This document shows, one piece after another, positions 58,428 through 64,000 of a stretch of DNA of 64,000 nt. The translations under genes and the position numbers were made by a program. A model generated the notes under the pieces. The model was not told the origin of the DNA, made no database searches, and was given only the letters and a program-made list of their open reading frames with translations. This stretch comes from Acidobacteriota bacterium (lineage in GTDB: Bacteria; Acidobacteriota; UBA6911; RPQK01; JAJDTT01). Position 1 is the stretch's first letter. Every line of letters starts with the position of its first letter. The DNA is taken from the NCBI GenBank assembly GCA_965217775.1, contig CBDCJH010000002.1, forward strand, positions 736,001 to 800,000. Direction: 5' to 3'.

Positions 58428-59771
58428 ATGCTGCAAAATCGTCGATCATTCCTGAGAGCCGCCGGGGTGAGCATGGCCCTGCCGTGGCTGGAGTCGATTC
58501 CCGGCGTGGTGGCCGCGCCGGTGGGAGACGTTGCGGCCGGGCCCCCGATTCGCTTCGTGGCGAATTTCTTTCCCCTGGGCGTCAACACCCATGAGTGGGG
58601 CGCTTCCGGCGAGGGCTCGGCCCTCGCCCTGAAGCCGACCCTGGAACCGCTCCGGCCGATGCAGCACAAGGTCAACATCCTGCAGGACCTGTCCCATCCC
58701 CACTTGAAGAAGCTGCGGGGACACGCCGGGAAGGTGGCTTCCCTGTACACCGGCGAACCGGGCGGACGCGACCACAGCCGTGCCGGGACCTCCATCGACC
58801 AGCACATCGCCAACCGGATCGGGCACCATACCGAGTTTCCGTCTCTGGCGCTGGGAATTGCGCCCTCCAGAAACCGCCGCGGGTTCTACGACTCCGCCGT
58901 CTCCTGGATCAGCCCCGACAAGCCCTTGGCCAAGGAGATCGATCCGGCCATGACCTTCGACGCCCTCTTCGGCGACAAGTCGTGGTTGAAGCGGGACCGG
59001 AGCGTTCTGGACCTGGTGCTGGATCAGGCCAAGACTCTGGAGCGGCGTCTGAGCGCTCAGGACAGCCAGACCCTGTCGGAATACTTCCAGGGCATTCGCG
59101 AGGTGGAGCAGCGGATCGCCCGCCTCGACCGGGACAAGGCCGATTGGCAGCGCCAGCAGCAGTCCGCAGGCGGCTCCATCTCCCGGCGCTTTCATCCCGA
59201 AGATCCCCGAGGGGCGGGGGAGACTCCCGACTTCGCCCTCTATCAGCCGGAGAACTTCCGCGAGCACACCCGGCTCATGCTGGACCTGATCGTGTTGGCT
59301 CTGCGGATGGACAAGACCCGGGTGCTGAGCTTCATGTTCGACAGCTACGGACCCAAGTACAGCGATTTCAGCTTCATTCCAGGTGTACGGGGAGAGTGGC
59401 ACGCCCTGAGCCACCACAAGGAAACTCCCAGTTCGCTGCACCAGTATCACCTCATCAACCGCTGGCACGTCTCCGAGTACACTTATCTGCTCCGGAAGAT
59501 GGACGAGGTGAAGGAAGGGGAGGGAACCCTGCTGGATCATTCCATGGTCATGATCGGCTCTAGCATGTGGGACGGGAATCGCCACACCTGCAACCAGTAT
59601 CCGATCCTGTTGGCCGGAAGTGCGGGCGGCCGGATCAAGACCGGCCGAGCCATCGATTTCCAGGGCGGATCCATGTCTCAGCTCTTTCTGTCGCTGGCCG
59701 AGAACATGGGAGCGCCCATGGACCGGTTCAAAGAAGCCACCGCGTCACTCGGGTCCACGCTTTCCGGTTGA
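58428..59771 (+). CDS. DUF1552 protein
   Basis: NRRSFLRAAGVSMALPWLES, SIDQ, TRVLSFM, EGTLLDHS. Confidence 0.9.
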   Translation: MLQNRRSFLRAAGVSMALPWLESIPGVVAAPVGDVAAGPPIRFVANFFPLGVNTHEWGASGEGSALALKPTLEPLRPMQHKVNILQDLSHPHLKKLRGHAGKVASLYTGEPGGRDHSRAGTSIDQHIANRIGHHTEFPSLALGIAPSRNRRGFYDSAVSWISPDKPLAKEIDPAMTFDALFGDKSWLKRDRSVLDLVLDQAKTLERRLSAQDSQTLSEYFQGIREVEQRIARLDRDKADWQRQQQSAGGSISRRFHPEDPRGAGETPDFALYQPENFREHTRLMLDLIVLALRMDKTRVLSFMFDSYGPKYSDFSFIPGVRGEWHALSHHKETPSSLHQYHLINRWHVSEYTYLLRKMDEVKEGEGTLLDHSMVMIGSSMWDGNRHTCNQYPILLAGSAGGRIKTGRAIDFQGGSMSQLFLSLAENMGAPMDRFKEATASLGSTLSG

Positions 59772-59781
59772 GGAGGCTGTT

Positions 59782-62127
59782 ATGACGTCCGCTCCCGGAC
59801 GTTGCTCGTCCCGCATCCGAACCTTCGGATTCCTGTGGGCTCTGCTCATGGGTGCGGCGGGTCCAGGCGTGCTGGGCCGTCCGGCCCCTCCGCCCGGCGA
59901 CTGGGACGCCAAGATCGGCCCCATCTTCGGCCGTTTCTGCCAGGGTTGCCACGGTGCGGAAAATCCGCAGGGCGGCCTGCGCCTGGACCGGTTCGAGAAC
60001 GCCCTTCGGGGCAGCGACAGCGGCCGGGTGATGGTTGCCGGAAATTCGGCTGGAAGCCGCCTGGTCCGGCGTCTCAGCCTGCCTCTCGACCATCCTGAGA
60101 CCATGCCCCCCAAGGGCCTTCCCCGGCCTGCGGCGGAGCAGATCGCCATGCTGGCCGACTGGATCGACCGCGCGTCCTCCTGGCCGGAACCGGCGGACCT
60201 TGCGGCCGAGAAGGCCTCCGAGCCGGCAATTCCCTATACCGAGCTCCAGGGACCTGCTTCCGAGTTGAAATTCAAGGAGCACATCCACCCCTTTCTGAAA
60301 CACTACTGCTACGGCTGTCATGACAACGCCACACGGGAAGGGGGGCTCGACCTGCAAGAGAGTGTCGAGATGCGGTTCGATGACGAACTGCGGAAATGGC
60401 ACAAGACCTGGGGCAACGTGACCCGGGCCATCACCACCGGATCCATGCCCCATCCTGCCCAGAAGCAGCAGCCGTCGGAACGGGAGCGGGAGCTCTTCGC
60501 CAGGTGGTACGAGCGGGCGCTGGAGGAGAGGGTGACGCCCGAGTCCTCCCGGGCCAGCAATGCCCGTCTGCGGCAGTTGACTCCCTTCGAGTACGACAAC
60601 ACGGTTCGCGACTTGACCGGACTCGACCTGGACCTGAGCCGCCTCACCCAACCGGGGGGCGTGGCCAGCGACGGCGGCTTCGCCAATCGGGGTCATGAGA
60701 TGCAGTTGTCGCCCACCAAGCTGACGCGGTACATGCAAGCGGGCGACCGGATCGCCTCCCACGCCATCCTGGACCCGGACCGGGGTCTCCGATTCGGGCC
60801 GCCGGATTCTGTTGTAACTCCGGATCCGCTTCCGGCCGATGCTTGGCGCACCCGGGCCCTGCACCATCTGCTGGTTTTTGCCGAACGGGCCTACCGCCGG
60901 CCGTTGAGGGAGCCGGAAGTCAGAGGTCTGACCGCTTTTCTGGACAATCGGATCCGGGAGGGGATGGATCGCCAGACCGCCGCCCGCAAGGTGGTGCAGG
61001 GCATTCTGGCCTCGCCCCAGTTCGTCTATCTGGCCGAAGAGCACGGCTGGGAGAGGAAGCAGATCAACTGGAGCGACAAGAAACGGAAGCCGTCCAAGGC
61101 CACCGGGCCGCTTGGGCACCACGCGGTGGCGTCGCGTCTCTCCTACTTCATATGGTCAGGACCGCCTGATTGGGAGCTTTTCCGGCTGGCACTGGAGGAA
61201 CGGCTCCACGACCCGGTTGTCCTGGCGGCCCAGGTGAAGCGAATGCTGCGGGATCCCCGGGCCGCGGCTCTGGCCACCCAGTTCGTGGGCCAGTGGCTCA
61301 GGTTCAACAAGGTGAGGGACCATCTGAACGTCTCGCGGGAGCAGTTCCCCACGTTCTCCGAGTCGCTTCAGGGGGCCATGTACGGAGAGATCCGAAGCTT
61401 CGTCGAGGAGATCATTCGGCAGGATTTGAGCATCCTGAATCTCCTGGACTCGGACTTCACCTTCGTCAACGGAGAGCTCGCCGACTTCTACGGCATGAAG
61501 GGGATCGAAGGCGACGCCTTCCGGAAGGTTTCGTTGTCCGAGAGCGACAGCCGCGGCGGCCTGCTGGGCATGGCGGGCATCCTGAGTCTCACCTCCCACC
61601 CGAATCGCCGCAGCGCCATCGAGCGCGGCGCCTACATCCTGGATGAGATCCTGGGCACGCCCACGCTGCCGCCGCCGGTGGAGACGGGCAAGCTGGAGGA
61701 CTCCCAGGACGGGGACGGGTCCGAGTTGAGTTTGCGCGAGGTGATGGAGAGGCACCGCCAGGACACGCGCTGCGCCGGTTGTCACAACCGCATCGATCCT
61801 CTGGGTTTGGCGCTGGAGGAGTTCGACGCCATCGGACGCCGGCGCCAGGATCCGGTGTCGGATCCCGAGCCATTGCCGGACGGCACCCTGGTGCGGGGTC
61901 TGCAGGACCTGAAGCGCTACCTGCTCCGGGAACATCGGAGGCGGACGTTCGTCCGGAACTTTGCCGAAAATCTGGTCGTATACGCCCTGACCCGGGAGCT
62001 CCAGTCCGGCGACTTCTACACGGTGCTGTCGGTGCGGCGCGCTCTGGAAGAGAACGACTATCGAATCTCCGCTGCGATCGCGGCGGTCGCCACCAGCGAC
62101 GTCTTCTTGCGGCGGTCCGAGGAATAG
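59782..62127 (+). CDS. DUF1592/DUF1588/DUF1585 multi-cytochrome c protein
   Basis: CQGCH, CYGCH, EYDNTVRDL, ASRLSYFIWSGPPD, RGGLLG, CAGCHNRIDPLG. Confidence 0.9.
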   Translation: MTSAPGRCSSRIRTFGFLWALLMGAAGPGVLGRPAPPPGDWDAKIGPIFGRFCQGCHGAENPQGGLRLDRFENALRGSDSGRVMVAGNSAGSRLVRRLSLPLDHPETMPPKGLPRPAAEQIAMLADWIDRASSWPEPADLAAEKASEPAIPYTELQGPASELKFKEHIHPFLKHYCYGCHDNATREGGLDLQESVEMRFDDELRKWHKTWGNVTRAITTGSMPHPAQKQQPSERERELFARWYERALEERVTPESSRASNARLRQLTPFEYDNTVRDLTGLDLDLSRLTQPGGVASDGGFANRGHEMQLSPTKLTRYMQAGDRIASHAILDPDRGLRFGPPDSVVTPDPLPADAWRTRALHHLLVFAERAYRRPLREPEVRGLTAFLDNRIREGMDRQTAARKVVQGILASPQFVYLAEEHGWERKQINWSDKKRKPSKATGPLGHHAVASRLSYFIWSGPPDWELFRLALEERLHDPVVLAAQVKRMLRDPRAAALATQFVGQWLRFNKVRDHLNVSREQFPTFSESLQGAMYGEIRSFVEEIIRQDLSILNLLDSDFTFVNGELADFYGMKGIEGDAFRKVSLSESDSRGGLLGMAGILSLTSHPNRRSAIERGAYILDEILGTPTLPPPVETGKLEDSQDGDGSELSLREVMERHRQDTRCAGCHNRIDPLGLALEEFDAIGRRRQDPVSDPEPLPDGTLVRGLQDLKRYLLREHRRRTFVRNFAENLVVYALTRELQSGDFYTVLSVRRALEENDYRISAAIAAVATSDVFLRRSEE

Positions 62128-62187
62128 GCAGGAACTCGAAACAGCATCACCGGCTCCCGGACGGCGCGCCGGAATGTGGGAGAGAAC

Positions 62188-62844
<657 letters not shown>

Positions 62845-63110
62845 CAGGAGGGGCGATTTCCAATCCCGTCTTCCCCTCAGTCAAGAACTACTAAACATTA
62901 ATGTTTTCAGCAACTTACCGGGTTCTTCGCCGAATCGGTAAAGTGGTTGGCTCCCTATGTTTGGCGTCCTGAACAGGCACCAAACAGGCAGCAGCATCGG
63001 CTCTCGAAAGCTGACTCACTCTTCCTATTTTCTCTTGTTCCCCAGGTTCGGAACACTTGGTGCTTGCGCTGGGTCGTTCTTAGGCCAGCACCGCGGGGCA
63101 ACGCTCGAAC

Positions 63111-63173
63111 CCTCAGTATCTCGTCCCCCAGCACCTGCACCGCACTGTCGTTGGTCTCCAGTGCATCGTAGAA
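63111..63173 (-). pseudogene. Short relic of type I restriction subunit R C-terminal domain
   Basis: Reads FYDALETNDSAVQVLGDEILR, resembling the conserved HsdR C-terminal (DUF3387) block. Confidence 0.55.
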
Positions 63174-63324
63174 GTGCAGGTCAACCGGCCTTCAAAGGCC
63201 AGATCTGAAGGGGAAGTGGAGGAAGATCATTATTGGCCCCTTCTGATACCCTCTCCCACGTTTTGGTCCCCAACGAGGAGGATCGGATCTCATTCTGATG
63301 GGAGAGGGAGAGGAGGAGATTGAC

Positions 63325-64000
63325 ATGGAACATCTCGCCGTGACACCCGGGGACGACCGTGGGGATGCTGGGGAGCGACAGCGAGAGCTTCTTCTTTCCT
63401 GTTTCGCCAGGAGCCGCCTTTGGATCTGTGCCTGTTGCCTCGTCCTTACGGGACTATTCGTCAGTGCTCAAGAGCCCGACGAAGAGATCCCCTACCAGCT
63501 CAAACACTACGCGTTGCAGCCCGAGATCGTGTTTCCGCATTTTCTCCCCGATACGCGCCTGGTCATCATCAACAGCGAGAGCAGCGACACGCCCCGGGCC
63601 GGAGAATACGAAGGGGCGGCCTTCGATCCGACTCCGTGGTACGAAATCTATGACCACACAGGGCGACGTCGATATGGGGGGTCTCTGTTCGTATCCGGCT
63701 ATGGCGTGCGAGATCGAGTCTTGGTGCGGCAACGAGACCTTCGCGCCCGGTCTTTTCACGGAACCTTGGTCATCAAGGGCTATACCATCGGCCTCCGAAC
63801 GTCCCTGGTCTACGAAAACCTGGGCTTCAAGATGTCCGCCCGGTCCGCGACACTGGCCCGTGCGAGCCGGATATTCGTCAGCCGGAACCCGCGCGAGAAG
63901 ACCGGGCTCGCCATCTACAACGCCTCTCCCAATCCCGCCACCATCAGCTTGGTCTTGTATTTGGACGACGGGCAGCATCCCGGCGGAGTCCCCGTGGAGG
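63325..64000 (+). CDS. Exported hypothetical protein, runs off the window
   Basis: Hand translation: GGAGGAG RBS, ATG at 63325, open to the window end; hydrophobic LWICACCLVLTGLFVSAQE, IVFPHF, TGLAIYNAS. Confidence 0.7.
   Translation, partial: MEHLAVTPGDDRGDAGERQRELLLSCFARSRLWICACCLVLTGLFVSAQEPDEEIPYQLKHYALQPEIVFPHFLPDTRLVIINSESSDTPRAGEYEGAAFDPTPWYEIYDHTGRRRYGGSLFVSGYGVRDRVLVRQRDLRARSFHGTLVIKGYTIGLRTSLVYENLGFKMSARSATLARASRIFVSRNPREKTGLAIYNASPNPATISLVLYLDDGQHPGGVPVE

Noticed and set aside
62940-62995. Possible tRNA 3' end or att site (tggcgtcc, ggcacca)
   Set aside because: No cloverleaf or T-loop could be built; the match is too short.

Overview
GC-rich bacterial chromosomal window. The gene content (PSD1/DUF1501 and DUF1552/DUF1592 pairs, FG-GAP protein, many toxin-antitoxin modules, sulfotransferase relic) suggests an Acidobacteriota- or Planctomycetota-like organism, possibly a marine or sponge symbiont; this is inference only. 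Positions 1-8.8 kb hold a decayed DISARM class I-like locus (drmD and N6-methyltransferase pseudogenes) with an apparently intact ABC-ATPase and two TA modules. Housekeeping and metabolic genes follow (aquaporin, nfo, ubiD, lysA, arfB, Rieske/cytochrome b, cfa, msrA), interspersed with seven TA loci in total, two MITE families and REP-like repeats. The most striking feature is a 1.24-kb element at 53790-55033. It carries only a catalytically intact TnpB, yet is bounded by terminal inverted repeats and an 8-bp AT-rich target-site duplication (IS1595-like DDE ends) instead of IS200/IS605 or IS607 ends. No CRISPR array, rRNA or tRNA was recognised. All family assignments are from motif recognition by eye; no database searches were run.
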